A stretch of 64,000 nucleotides of DNA from Octopus vulgaris (GCA_951406725.2 OX597815.1:134044001-134108000); one strand, 5' to 3'; positions 38,490-51,620 are shown, counted from the stretch's first letter. The notes: generated from the sequence alone by a model not told the origin. Made by a program: numbers and translations.

Positions 38490-40160
38490 ATTGTCAAGAC
38501 GTTGCTTTCGCAGCGCTCTTAACGTGAAGAAATTTGAAGGCACAACTATAAGGTAAGACATTTGTTGTTTGGGGATTCAGTAGGTGTTTGTTTTTTGTTG
38601 TACATTTTTTTTTTTGCAAACAAGAAATCCCTACTGAGTTCTGAGGCATTTGTCTGCCTATAGTTGCGCTGTCTTACTTAATTGTGAGAACTGTTGTTTT
38701 GAGGGGTGTATCTCGCTTCTGAAAAATTGTGAAATATTTTGGAAAATTCTACCACGGATCTTTTGTGTTCCTGCTGCTGTGACCCTGGAGTACCTGTTGG
38801 CCAGGATTACCGGGTGGCCGGAATTGTGTGTTACCATGATTTGAACTGTCTTCCTTCTTTCTTTTTCTCTGCTCTGTCTTTCTGCTCTTCTTTGTCTTCC
38901 TTCAAACTACTTTTTTGGACTTTGTTTAGACTTTTTGTTTTGGACTGTTTATTGGACTTTTTTCTTCAAGCATGGCGAAGGAGGTGAACACTGTGTTGGA
39001 GTGGGAAATTATCCCACCCAAGCAATGGTTAAAAAACTTCAATGAGAGAATGGTGGTGTTGAGAACTTATTCTAAGTCACTCGGCACCATCACGGTCTTT
39101 CCCAAGACTGAAATTGAAAAAGAGTTGGCAGAATATCTGCCAACTATTAAGTCTATTTCCAGGGGTGTTAGGTATGCAACGGTGTGGTTGCTATTTGACA
39201 CCCCTGAGGTAGCTCGCAAATTTGTGAGCCAGCCCTTAGAAGGGCAAAAGATTCCGTTTCTTCTCACATATTGTGGGAAGAAATTAACAAGAGCTTGGGT
39301 CTGTGGGTTGCCACCAGGCATTGAACCGGAATGGATAGAGGATACTATTCACTGGAGCCTGGATGGCAGCGGATCCATGCTACTAAATGTGAAATTGTTG
39401 CCAGCAGCCAACTGGGTGGGGTCAAAAGCGGTTTTGACCCTATGGACCCAATTGGCTGATAAAGATCTGGTATTCCCAGATTTTTTGAAAATGGTCAGTT
39501 GCAGGTACCCAGTGATACTTGAGGGATGCACCCCCCCCCCCAAGTGTCACCTGTGCCTGGAATAAAGCAGAGGTACCACATCCCCCCATAGTACAAGGGA
39601 GGAAAAAAAGAAAAAAAAAAAAACAAAGAATGGGACATTGCTGGCAGTTAGTAGTACACTGCCGGCATGTCCTGAAACTTTGTCAGTGGAAATTGTGCCA
39701 CTGATGGAGGAAACTGTGGCCCCTCCCAGTGCGATGACGGATGATTTTGTGATCTTCTTTCATAAGGGAGGGAGTGATACAGAGCTTTGTAAAAAAGTTA
39801 GAGGGCTGAAGAGAGAGGACCCTGCCCTGGACTGAAGATCCAGATTGGCCTTGTCAGGTAACTACAGAGGTCCTAACAGATGCTGAAATGTTCAGGGTAA
39901 TGGACTTCTTTCCGAAGGACCAGTATAGGTTTGCCTTTTGGGGCATTGACCTGGAACTACAGGATTACCTGCAGGAGGAATACGGCCTGATTGGAGAGAA
40001 AGGATAAGAGGCCTTAGTGCCTCAATTTTCATTGTCTATATTGTTTGTATTCTTTGGTAAGAGGCTCAGCGCCTCAATTTGTAAAGACGATTACATCAAT
40101 TATTATTGATCTGAGGTAAGAGGTTTGATACCTCAGTTTGTTTTGTTTTTTTAAAAAAAA
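38490..40160 (+). mobile_element. Tx1/L1-like ORF1-only retroelement (ORF 38972..39565 plus a frameshifted continuation)
   Basis: ORF has RRM-like segments (..LLFDTPEVA.., RAWVCGLPPGI..EWI) and ends in a CHLC zinc-knuckle start; no RT follows; 3' region has GAGGC..GCCTC hairpins and an A tail. Confidence 0.65.
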
Positions 40161-41145
40161 GCGAACAATGTTTTCGAGAATGCAACAATCGGTGGGCGCT
40201 GTTTGCTTCTCCCACCAACCATTTCTTTCATTCCACCATCATCGTGTCCTTGTCCAGCCCACAGCTACTTCCTCTATGTACAGCTTTTATAGCCAATTAC
40301 ATGAAATAATGATGATGATAATTTAAACTATAGCAATATGATATTAGTTTACAAAAAATCCCCTAAACAATTATTCTTCAAATTGTATTCCTTAGCAAGC
40401 TTCAGCATACCCATAGCTCACTGGCTGAAGTGATTAAAAGTAAATGGCAATGTAAATCAATAGAGATTTTAGCAAACAGAAATTATGAAGTAGAATCCCC
40501 AAATCTTAAAATCTTCTGTTTCCAAGGAAAGTAATATTTTTCCATGGCCAAACAGGTTTTCATAGATTAGAAACAAAAGGACACTGCTTGTATGATGGTG
40601 ACATTCATTTACAACTATCATGTGATGTCTGGACAAGGAGACACAAACATATGTGTATACACACACACACACACAGAGGATGGGCCAAAAGTCACGCACC
40701 AAAGCATTTGCCATTTTATTATCATCATCATTATCAATTTTTTTGTCATCATGTACAAGTATGTGTTCATTCATAATTATTTTATTTATTTTATTCAATT
40801 TTAGAAAAATTGAAGCAGGTCTCTGATAATTCCAGAGCATAGTGAACTTTTTTGTATATGACTTTTGGCTCACCCAGTATATATCAATATAAGATGGATT
40901 TCTTTCAGTTTTCATGTGCCAAAGGCTTTGGTTGGCTTGAGACAATAGTAGAAGACACTTGCCCAAGGTGTTATGCAGTGGGGCTGAACCCCAAACCATA
41001 TGACTGGGAAGTAAATTTCTTTACACAACCATAAAAAAAAAATGAACACCTCTAAATGTAGTGAAGTCTTGAACTCAATTACTTTAAAACCAAATATACT
41101 GAAATTTCAAGTGACAATAGCATCTTGCTCTTCCAACATACTTAC

Positions 41146-41197
41146 TCATAGGATTCATCAAATGTATTCTTTTTGCATACCCTAAGTGTGGTAGATA
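41146..41197 (-). CDS. YARS1: TyrRS exon 6 (YLPHLGYAKRIHLMNPM)
   Basis: 52 nt, GCAG|/GTAAGT, phase 1. Confidence 0.96.
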
Positions 41198-41796
41198 CTG
41201 CAAAGACAACAAAGAATTAAGCCAGTCAATAATCAGCAATAATCTCAAGCATATAAATAGGTTTGTATTTCAAATTTAATTACTAAATTTTTTATGATTT
41301 TGAGTGCTGTAATTATACAGGTTTTTTTTACAGTGATTGATAAAAGAAAGGGACAAAATTTTTTGTAATATTGTATTTTCATCTTAGCTATTTCTACCCA
41401 CCATCACATAATGCAGGGTAGTGATGTATCTTCTCTACAGCAAGACAGTGGCACTTGTCTGTCTCAATCCTCTCCCCAACTTAGCTGAGAGAACTTTTTA
41501 CTGTTCTTGCTCTTTTCCCACCTTGCCAGTTACTTGACAACCCCACTAGTGCCTGTAGCAAGAAAAGAAAAAGCATCCAGTACATACTGTAATGTGTTTG
41601 GTGTTAGGAAGGGCATCCAACCATAGAAACCATGCCAAAGCTGACAATGGAGCTTGATACAGCTATGCAACTCACTGAATCCTCTCTCTTTCTCAGTGCG
41701 TGTGTGTGTGCATGCATGTATGTATATCTCAAAAATAGGCCAACAAAGACATTGTTCATTAACTTTGCTCAGTGCCTGATATGTATTATAATATAT

Positions 41797-42345
41797 AATA
41801 TAATATAATGAAATTATTGTATACAGTGCTCAAGTGCACCACAACTTGTCAGACAGTGCATATAAGGTGTATGCAGTAGTGTACAAATGTCTGGAAAGCG
41901 AATAATGTATGAGTCAGATACATGCTTGTGTGTGTATGGAGGGGAGAAAATGAGGTGTAGTGTTGGCGAATCTCAGAAAGCATGGAAGTTTTGAAGGATG
42001 CAGTGCTCCAACAACTAACAACTGATGCTGGCAGTTTGTTCCATGCTTCAGCAACTCTCAGCGTGAAAAATGTTTCCGAAAGTTATGGGAGCTGTGCTGT
42101 TTTATGACTTTGTAAATATGTCCATGGGTGTTAGACGGGTGGAGTTTGAAAAGGTGCTCAGAGTTATTGTTTGTAAGATGGTTAATAATTTTATGGGTGT
42201 CTGCCAAGTCAGCTGCCAGACGGAGTTTCAATGTGTCCATGCCCAGGGAAGTAAGGCATTCAGAATATGGCAAATGCCTGATGGAGGGTATTCTTTTGGT
42301 TGCATGTCGCTGAACAGCTTCCAGACGATTAATATCCTGGGCGAC
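41797..42345 (-). mobile_element. CR1-clade LINE 3' fragment
   Basis: PYSECLTSLGMDTLKLR.. and HGHIYKV; same family as 52865-53290; (ATT)n tail. Confidence 0.88.
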
Positions 42346-43007
42346 ATATATATAATGAATAGGGAAAAATAAGAGGCAAATGGTAAAGCTGCTAAGACTT
42401 CAGTATAAACTTTGTTAGTTATTATCTTGTCTCCTTAGAACATTATTTAGTCTTTAAATTGACAGGTCTCACTTTTATTTTACATATGAATTGTTAACAG
42501 AAGGAAACTGTGAAAAGTACTGTATTTAATGGCATAAAAGACACACAGGTACCCCAATTTCAGCAGGGCATATTCAGGAAAGGTTTTAGTGCATCAGAGC
42601 TTGTAAAGTGGGTCTAACTATACATATAGGATCTGGGGTGATTTTTGAGACATTTTCTGGAAAAAATGGCCATCTTACATAAGGTCAAATGTGCTGTTTA
42701 AGGTTAAATTGTTACAACTTTCAAATATCTTCCCATGTGAGCTAGCTAGGAAAATGCATATGAAAAAATATCAAAATATAACAAGAAAGTAAAATGAACA
42801 AAACATACAATCAAAAGTAGATAAATAGACGGACAGATAGATGGGTGAAGAAAATAAAACAAGCAAATGGAGTGGTTCGAGAAAGAACAAGGGGTAAACA
42901 AAACCATATAAAATGCAGACTAGATTTTATTCCATTGAAAAGCGAATATATTTTAAAACAGATTGGAGAAAGTGATTAAATTAAAATGAATCAATGAAAT
43001 ATTGCTA

Positions 43008-43097
<90 letters not shown>

Positions 43098-43562
43098 TCA
43101 AAGAAGAGATAAATACAATAAATGCTAATAACTTCATTGTCTTAATAAGTCTGAAATTTAGATATTTTTTATGTGTGCATGTATATTTGTTTGAGTTCAT
43201 ATCTTTCTTCATCTTCATGTGTGTTCGCTAACTGTAAACAATAATACAGGCAATGTCCTTTGCTTGCAGTCAATTGTGAAAAGAATGCATGGGCTTTTTG
43301 ACATGTTACATGACCTCTGTAAGCAAAAGGCTCGTTCAGACAGTGTTTGCTTCTAGTTCATGGTGCAACCATGACTGGACTGTTTCTTGTTTAACAAACA
43401 AGAGGATTATTACTTGCTTGGAAACAAGTGAAGGTTGGGGACAGGAAGGACATCAAAACATTTAGTTGTGTTCATGTAACTAAGAAATTATTTTCAAAAA
43501 AAGATTTCAAAAGCTTGCCCTCCTTCAATAAAAAAAATATGTAAGAATAACAAAAAATTTAC

Positions 43563-43692
43563 CTGAAGACCAGGATAAAGCAACCCACTCAACAATGGAT
43601 GCTCAACCTGTTTGACAACCTCAGCTCCTGCTTTACGGGCATCATGATCTGTGACTATAGATGATAATTTGTAGACATCTAATGTATATTCT
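43563..43692 (-). CDS. YARS1: TyrRS exon 4 ([43 protein letters not shown])
   Basis: 130 nt, TCAG|/GTAAAT. Confidence 0.98.
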
Positions 43693-46514
43693 CTGAAAAT
43701 AAGAGAAACATAACAAATTAGTAAAAGTAGAACTTCAATTTAAAACTTCTACATTTTAAAGACAAAACAGCTATATAAACCAGAACAGTGTCTCAGGTAC
43801 AAATTATATGATTTCACCATCATTCAACATCCACTTTTCCAGGCTTGCACAGGTAAACTAGAATTTGTTGAAGCAGGCCTTCTACAGCCAGACACCCTTC
43901 CTATCACTAACCCTCACCTGTTTCTAAGCAATGTAATATTTCCCTGTGGCCATACATTTCTTTTTACAGAAGACTGGAAACCAATCACTATGCTTGTATG
44001 ATGATAATGCTCATTTACAACCATTATGTGATGTCTAGACAAGGGTTCACACACACATATGGCTTCTTTCAGTATTCATCTACCAAATCCACTCTCAAGA
44101 CTTTGATTGGCTTGAAGCTATAGTAGAAGACATTTGTTCAAGGTGTTGCACAGTAGGACTTAACCCATGACCACATGGTTAGGAAGCAAACATCATAACC
44201 ACACAGCCATGTCTAGGGCTAAATAGAATTATTTAAAGACTGAATTATATCAATAAAAATATTTTTTATAGTTGTTTTTACTAGTCAAAAGAGGGCAAGT
44301 GCTCACAGCCTTTGCAGGCTGATTCAGACTGATGAAATATCATTGATGTTTAAATTGACTAACCCATAGGTTAATGTAAAAGTATGTTCATGGAAAAAGA
44401 CTTCAAGAGAGTTGCAGAAATGAAGAGTAAAGATTGGGTGAAGTGCTTTATGTGGGGTTGTGAGATACAGTAAGAAGTGACAGGAGTAGGTGCATCAGAC
44501 AAACCTGGTTTATGGTGGCATGTTCAGAGTAGCAGAAACTATTGCAGCATCAGTACAAGGGACAAGGTATCTGGAGAATAACGTTTGCAACATTGTTTGT
44601 GTGTACATCTTTACTAATCAGCCACATAGTCTTCTTTCAGATCCAGACTAGGATGCATGAGAGTGTAACAGCATTATCATCCTACATGAGTGACACCTCA
44701 ATTTTGTCACATTTGAGATTTGTAAAAAGTGAGGAACTGATCAATGTTAAAGTATCTTCTGACCATGATGAAAAAGCTTATTTTGGGGAATGCAATATTG
44801 GTAATGTTTTGTCTATATAACTGAAGAGAATACCTAGTAGCTTTTAGCTTGGAAATCTGATACTCTGAGTATTATTATGACAACTAGCTGATTGTCCTAT
44901 ATTATATATATATATAATCACCATGAGAAATCATCTGAGTTGTTTGGCCTAGATTTGTAGTAAATTTGAATTATATGATACCTCTGTTAAGAGATGATGT
45001 AATATTTGATATTCGTAACAATTGTGTTGTTCATGATATGCGCATAGTGATTGTGTCCTTGTGTTATTGAAAAGCATTAGGCTGTTATGTTTACAATTAA
45101 AATTTTTTTTCACAAAGCAATGCAAAGTGTCTAAACTGTGTATATCATGCTTGGGTGGAGAAGAACAAGGTGACATATGACAATAAATAGGTTGCCAATG
45201 TGCAGGTATGACAGTAAATAGTTTGCTAATGTGCAGAAAGAAGGTGCAGGAAACATAGCGTGGTTGTGTGGTAAGAAGCTTGCTTTCCAACCACATAGTC
45301 CCAGGTTCAGTCTCACTGTGTGACACCTTGGGCAAGTGACCAAAACCGTGAGTGGATTTGATAGACAGAAACTGAAAGAAGCCTGTCGTATATGTATATA
45401 TATCTATATGTGTATCTTTGTGTCTGTGTTTGTCCGCCATCTCATGACAACTGGTGTTGGTGTACTTGCATCCTTGTAACTTAGCAGTTCGGCAAAAGAG
45501 ACCAACAGGCTTGTAAAAAAAGAAGTACTGGGGTCAATTCATTTGACTAATAATTCAAGGTGGTGCCCCAGTATGGCTGCAGTCTGATGACTAAGACAAG
45601 TAAAAGACATGTTCTAAAAACGTGTGTGTGAGATAGGGTTGGGGAGGAGCCCAAATGTGGCCAACTTAGCAAAGAGGTTCTTGTAGATATGAAGACATGG
45701 TCACAGATATTGCTTGTGTCAAGTGCAGCAAACATTGCTCATTAACTGGGAGTTGTTAGAGAGATTGCCCTTTTTAAGGATACACAGTAGTGTTTCATAA
45801 ATTAGAATAGATCCCTATAAAGAAAGGAAGTCAGAAGAGTTTGGTAAAGATAGGAGCTAGCTTTTGAGAGCACTGTTTAAGCATTAACTGTTTTGTTACC
45901 GACCTGCCTGAGATTCCACTCAGTTCTATGATACAAATTTATTGCTTTAAAGTGCTTTAAATAAAAACCCTCCCTTTACGTTCCAAATACTAGCCTAATA
46001 GTTACAAAATTATTTTATTGAATTCTTTGTTATTTTTAAAATTAGTTAAAACAAAAGTAGTGTATTTCTACAGAAATATGGGAGCAAAAGACTTAAGGAA
46101 AGTACACTTTTAAGACTAATCTTCATTGAAGACAAATAAGTTTCCAGACTTGATGACAATGCACATGGTAGTGTGACTAACAGAGGGGACAAGATGTGTC
46201 TTGGAGGAATTCTATTTAGTTTATGTAGTGCTCACTTGGAATCAAAACAAGCAGTACATATAATTTGTTTGTCTCAGTATGCTTGTCTAAAAGCAAATTT
46301 GTTTGTATGTCACAAATGAGTGATTAACAACAAAAAAGGAAAGGAATAAATAAATAAATAATGCTTTAATAACTTCTAAATATCCAAATTTGCAAAACAC
46401 AAACTGAACTATACTAAAACAGGAAAATATCCATATAAAACTTTGAAGGATAGTAAAATTCTTCATTCATTTAAGAAAAAAAAAAAGAAAAAAGAAAAAA
46501 CAGGGGGAACGTAC

Positions 46515-46690
46515 TTGCTAAGTTGATAATCTGTACCTCTAATAAATTTCAGTTTCTCCAATGAAACGCCCAATGATTTCAACATAGCTTTAATAATGTT
46601 TTCATAATACAACACCCGCTGCTTCAGCAGTTCCCAGGGAGCTTTCATGTTATCAAGATAAGCATGGAGATCAGCAAACAATATGGTAAC
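46515..46690 (-). CDS. YARS1: TyrRS exon 3 ([59 protein letters not shown])
   Basis: 176 nt, TCAG|/GTACGT. Confidence 0.98.
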
Positions 46691-46789
46691 CTGAAAATAA
46701 ATAATAAATTAAACAATGCTGCTGCTGCTGATTAACATCACCATCACTTAACATCCACTTTCCATGCTGGCATGGGTTGGACGGTTTTG

Positions 46790-47630
46790 AGTTATTATTG
46801 TTGGAGACATATCCAAGGGTAGGAGGTTGGTATGGGATTTTTTTGAGAAATTTGTCCAGAGAACTGTTGAATTTTATGAGATCTGTTACCATTTTGATGT
46901 GTTTTGGTATAATATTAAAGAGAGCTGGACCGGTTAAGGTAATGTAGTTGTGTCATAATGTTGTCATGTGTCTTGAGTTCGACTTTTGCAGTGGACGGAT
47001 AGCACGGGAACCAAGTCTTGGGTGGATTTTAAAATTGATGCCAACATCATTTGTGCAATATTCATGGAATATTTTCCACATGACACAAATGATGTAGCGT
47101 TTAAGGGTGCATTGAAGAGAGTAGAGACTGAGTTTTTTTCGTCGTCCCCAGTAGTCAGTGCCTGTCATGCCATCTATCTTTCTTGTTCTTGATATCTGGA
47201 GTGCTTCCACCTACATAATGCTTTGCTTTGTATAGGGAGACCACAGTGGGAAACAGTATTCAAGGTGGGGTCAGGCAAAAGTAGAGTAGAGTAGAGAAGG
47301 ATAATGGTGTGAACATCTCTAGACCAGAAAGTTCTTAGAATCCAGGAGCACATCTTGCAGGCCAAATCAATCTTGCTGTTTACATAGGAACTCCAGCTTA
47401 GATTGTTATCAACAATTACTCCAAGGTCTCTAATGTTGTTGGATGACACTAGGGAGTCACCCGAAGGAAGGGCATATGGCAATTTCAGGATATCTTCTTT
47501 TCTAATGTGGATCAAATTAAACTTATCTTCATTTAGAAGCATATTGTTCTCTTCCGTCCATTGGACAACAGCAAACAGATCCAGCTGAAGTGATGTTCAG
47601 TCTCCCATACTGTTTATGGTCTTCTGGAGC
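46790..47630 (-). mobile_element. CR1/L2-like LINE RT C-terminal fragment
   Basis: IRDLGVIVDNNLSW, SLYSLQ..R.YIIC..WKI, KFNSSLDKFLKKIP. Confidence 0.85.
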
Positions 47631-47931
47631 TTGGATAATTTATAGACATTACATGAACAATAATATTATGTAAAGAAAAGAGTTTAATATTTAATTTCAT
47701 ATATGTGAGTAAGTGTAGTCAAGCCATGAATAAAAGCAGTGATGCAATAATATGGCTAAATAAGTTTAATTTGAGTATATCCACTTTTGTTTTTGTCATG
47801 TTGCTAATGATGATGAGAAATTTTCCTCTAGTTTGTAATAATCTCTGTTGTACAACATTGATATGTGAATTTTTTTTCTCCAAAGACAAACATTGAAAAA
47901 GAAACATGTACCATATAGTGGAAACACCTAC

Positions 47932-48078
47932 CTCGCAGCCTGCTTTAAGAAAGTCAGCTATTTTGGTCATAGGAACAAAGTATGCAATATGGGGCTTTCC
48001 TGTGGTAGCAGTACCCCAGTATAACTTTATATCTCTTTCTTTAAGCATAAGCTTTAGTTGGTCTTCACCTAGAATCTC
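47932..48078 (-). CDS. YARS1: TyrRS exon 2 ([49 protein letters not shown])
   Basis: 147 nt; [14 protein letters not shown] contains the HIGH-equivalent motif of cytoplasmic TyrRS. Confidence 0.98.
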
Positions 48079-50012
48079 CTGAAACAGGGAAAAATAAATA
48101 AAATAGTGTAGTTAGTCTAAAGGTAGCTATTATCCATGAATGATTTTGGCTTGTTGCTGCAGTGGTTCATGAGAACTACAAACGTGTTTTGCTTTTGGTG
48201 AGGCTTGTCAATGCCATGTACTCAATTGTCATCTACTGAAATGAAATTTGTGGTTTAATATGTAGCAAACAGTGAATATACACTGGTATTATGGGAGCAT
48301 GTTAACCTGTAGAAAAATGTGGTATGTACAAGTAAAACAGTATCACATTAAAATCACCACCTGTTTTATCAAACTAAATGTATACACACTCTTACAAATT
48401 ATGAAGCTATGGAATTGTCTGTGATAAAATCTCTTCATAGACCTGTTGTGTCAAAACAATATCTATCAGAGTGAGATGAATATCATCACTGCAGTAACTC
48501 ATGAAAATGGCAGACACTTTTCACCTTTGTTGAGGCTTGTCAATGCCATGCACTTGGTTGTCATTTGCCTAAATGAAATTCATGCCCCAATATCATCATC
48601 ATCATCATTTAGCGTCCGCTTTCCATGCTAGCATGGGTTGGACGATTCAACTGGGGTCTGGGAAACCAGAAGGCTGCACCAGGCCCAATCTGATCTGGCA
48701 ATGTTTCTACGACTGGATGCCCTTCCTAACGCCAACCACTCCGTGAGTGTAGTGGGTGCTTTTTACGTGCCACCCGCACAGGTGCCAGACGGGGCTGGCA
48801 AACGGCCACGGACGGATGGTGCTTTTTACGTGCCACCGGCACGGAGGCCAGTTGGGGCGGCGCTGGCAACGGCCACAATCGGATGGTTCGCTTACGTGCC
48901 ACCGGCACTGGTATCACAACTGCAATTTCCATTGATGTTGATCAACTTCGATTTTGGTTCTGATTTCTGATTTCCACTCGCCTCAACAAGTCTTCACAAG
49001 TGGAGTTTTGGGTCCCAAATAAAAAGTAATGAATATATATATATATAAAGATTATTTGCAAACAGCCTGCAGATACAAATGCTACAAGTTGAAAGCTCTG
49101 CATACTAGACACCAGTAGGATTATGGGGTCACCAGGAGAGAGTGCAGTTTTAGGGCCTTCCTCTTGATGGCATTAATGTGTACTGAACCCCATCACTGAG
49201 ATGAGACCCCACTTGCTGGATCAACTGGCTAATAGACTTCACTCAGTAATCTGCTAGCCATTCCTCATTATCTCTTTTTAATCAAATCCAGTGGCTTGTC
49301 TTTTCAAGCCTGGATATAGCTCATGATGATATTTGCATGCATGCACACAAGCACACAAACATGCCTGGCACCTTGTTGTACTCTGCAACAGAAGTGTTAA
49401 GACCAGTCCCCCTGGTAGTGAAGATTAACCTGCAAGAGTTCTGTACTGGTGCCATGTAGAAGCACCCGTGCAGCGCCATGTAAAAGTGGTTACCTGACAT
49501 CATATAAAAGCACCCATGTGGTGCCACATAAAAGCACCCAGCACACTTTGTAAAGTGGTTGATGTAAGGAAGGGCATCCAGCCTTGGAAGCTATGCCAAA
49601 TCAGACTGGAGTCTGGTACAGCACCCAGCTTTGGTCAAACTGTCCAGCCTATGCCAGCATGAACAACAGATGTTAAATGATGATGATGATGATGATGGTA
49701 TGATTATTATGTCATAGGTGGTGAGCTGGCAGAAACGTTAGCACACCAGACGAAATACAGTATTTCGTCTGCCGTTACGTTCTGAGTTCAAATTCCGCCG
49801 AGGTTGACTTTGCCTTTCATCCTTTCGGGATCGATTAAAATAAGTACCAGTTACGCACTGGAGTCGATATAATCGACTTAATCTGTTTGTCTGTCCTTGT
49901 TTGTCCTCTCTGTGTTTAGACCCTTGTGAGTAGTAAAGAAATAGATATGACTATTATGTGAATATAAGCAGATGGAAAAAAGAAAGGAAAATGGTTAAAG
50001 GCATATGCCTAC

Positions 50013-50075
50013 CTGGAGATTTCTTGAGATGAGAGTAAACTTCTCACTGGGACTAAGAATACTTGTGGAATCCAT
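50013..50075 (-). CDS. YARS1: Tyrosyl-tRNA synthetase coding exon 1 (MDSTSILSPSEKFTLISRNLQ)
   Basis: Acceptor TTTACAG| at 50091, ATG at 50075, donor GTAGGC; resembles the human N-terminus SPEEKLHLITRNLQ. Confidence 0.93.
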
Positions 50076-50469
50076 TAGTCACTAAATTATTCTGTAAAAA
50101 AAAAAAAAAATAAAGTATTAAAATAATAAATTGCAAAGTTACAGGATCTGAGTTGTTGACAAAATATAGCTAAAGAAATATTAAAATGGTGGTTTTGTAA
50201 TAAATTGTCATGTTTTGGGATCAGAGCTGATTTTGCCTTTTGAGTACTGTTCCCATGCCCAAGACAGTGTTGTTGCTGCTGCTATGATGTTTGACAGAGT
50301 GGCTACTATTTACTCACCAACACATTAAAATAACAGCTTATTTGAGGTCCATAAAAAAAAAAAACTTTAAATGAAGAAATTTAATTTTGAAAATTCACCA
50401 AGCAGAATTTTTGGAAATTGATGTGTGTGTGGGGAGAATGTATGCATATATATATATATATATATATAT

Positions 50470-50878
50470 GCAGGAGTGGCTGTGTGGTAAGTAGCTTGCT
50501 TACCAACCACATGGTTCCGGGTTCAGTCCCACTGCGTGGCACCTTGGGCAAGTGTCTTCTACTATAGCCTCGGGCCGACCAGAGCCTTGTGAGTGGATTT
50601 GGTAGACGGAAACTGAAAGAAGCCTGTCGTATATATGTATATATATATATATGTGCATGTGTGTTTGTGTGTCTGTGTTTGTCCCCCTAGTATTGCTTGA
50701 CAACCGATGCTGGTGTGTTTATGTCCCCGTCACTTAGCGGTTCGGCAAAAGAGACCGATAGAATAAGTACTGGGCTTACAAAGAATAAGTCCCGGGTTGA
50801 GTTGCTCGATTAAAGGTGGTGCTCCAGCATGGCCGCAGTCAAATGACTGAAACAAGTAAAAGAGTAAAGAGTAAAAGA

Positions 50879-50880
<2 letters not shown>
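50470..50880 (+). mobile_element. Full-length tRNA-derived CORE-type SINE (many decayed copies in the window)
   Basis: A box TGGCTGTGTGG, B box GGTTCAGTCCC, ACCTTGGGCAAGT core, (GAGTAAA)n tail. Confidence 0.85.

Positions 50881-50942
<62 letters not shown>
50881..50942. repeat. (TA)n microsatellite
   Basis: Direct observation. Confidence 0.95.
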
Positions 50943-50944
50943 TT

Positions 50945-51295
50945 TTATTTGTTTCAGTCATTTGACTGTGTCATGCTGGAGCACCAGTCTTTAGTCAAAC
51001 AAATCAACCCCAGGACTTATTCTTTATAAGCCTAGTACTTATTTTATTGTCCTCTTTTGCTGAATCGCCAAGTTACGGGGATATAAACACGCCAACATTG
51101 GTTGTCAAGCGATGCTGGGGGGACAAACACAGACACACACACGCACATATATATATATATATATGACAGGCTTCTTTCAGTTTCTGTCTACCAAATCCAC
51201 TCACAAGGCTTTGATCGGCCTGAGGCTATAGTAGAAGACACTTGCCTACGGTGCCATGCAGTGGGACTGAACCTGGAACCATGTGATTGGCAAGC
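50945..51295 (-). mobile_element. CORE-type SINE, inverted relative to 50470-50880
   Basis: Reverse complement of the adjacent copy, separated from it by (TA)n. Confidence 0.85.
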
Positions 51296-51297
51296 AA

Positions 51298-51620
51298 GAT
51301 ATTTTCTTTATTTGTGATTTAAGGCTACCATTGGTTACATGCCAGGAAAAGTAGGAATATATCCTGGTGTCTTAATTTCTCAAGCTAATCACATGGAGAA
51401 AGGTGCTTGCCTTCATTTTGAAAAACAATCTCGCTTCATTTATGAGATTTCTAGTGAATTTACGAGAAATTCTGTGAATGAGGTGAGACTGTTTTCCAAA
51501 ATGGAGGTGAATACCTTTCTCAATGTGATCAGTTTGAAAAATTAAAACACAAAGATATTTTCCTACTTTTCTTAACATGAAACCAATGGTAGCCTTAATT
51601 CACAAATAAAGAAACTATAT
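51298..51620. repeat. ~320-bp imperfect palindrome (hairpin MITE-like)
   Basis: TTTCTTTATTTGTGATTTAAGGCTACCATTGG at the left end pairs with CCAATGGTAGCCTTAATTCACAAATAAAGAAA at the right; pairing continues to the centre near 51459. Confidence 0.85.

Noticed and set aside
48638-48970. Recurrent ORF MDxSTGVWE.RRLHQAQSDLAVFL.LDALPNANHS as a gene family
   Set aside because: It is the antisense translation of a high-copy retroposon tail, not a protein.
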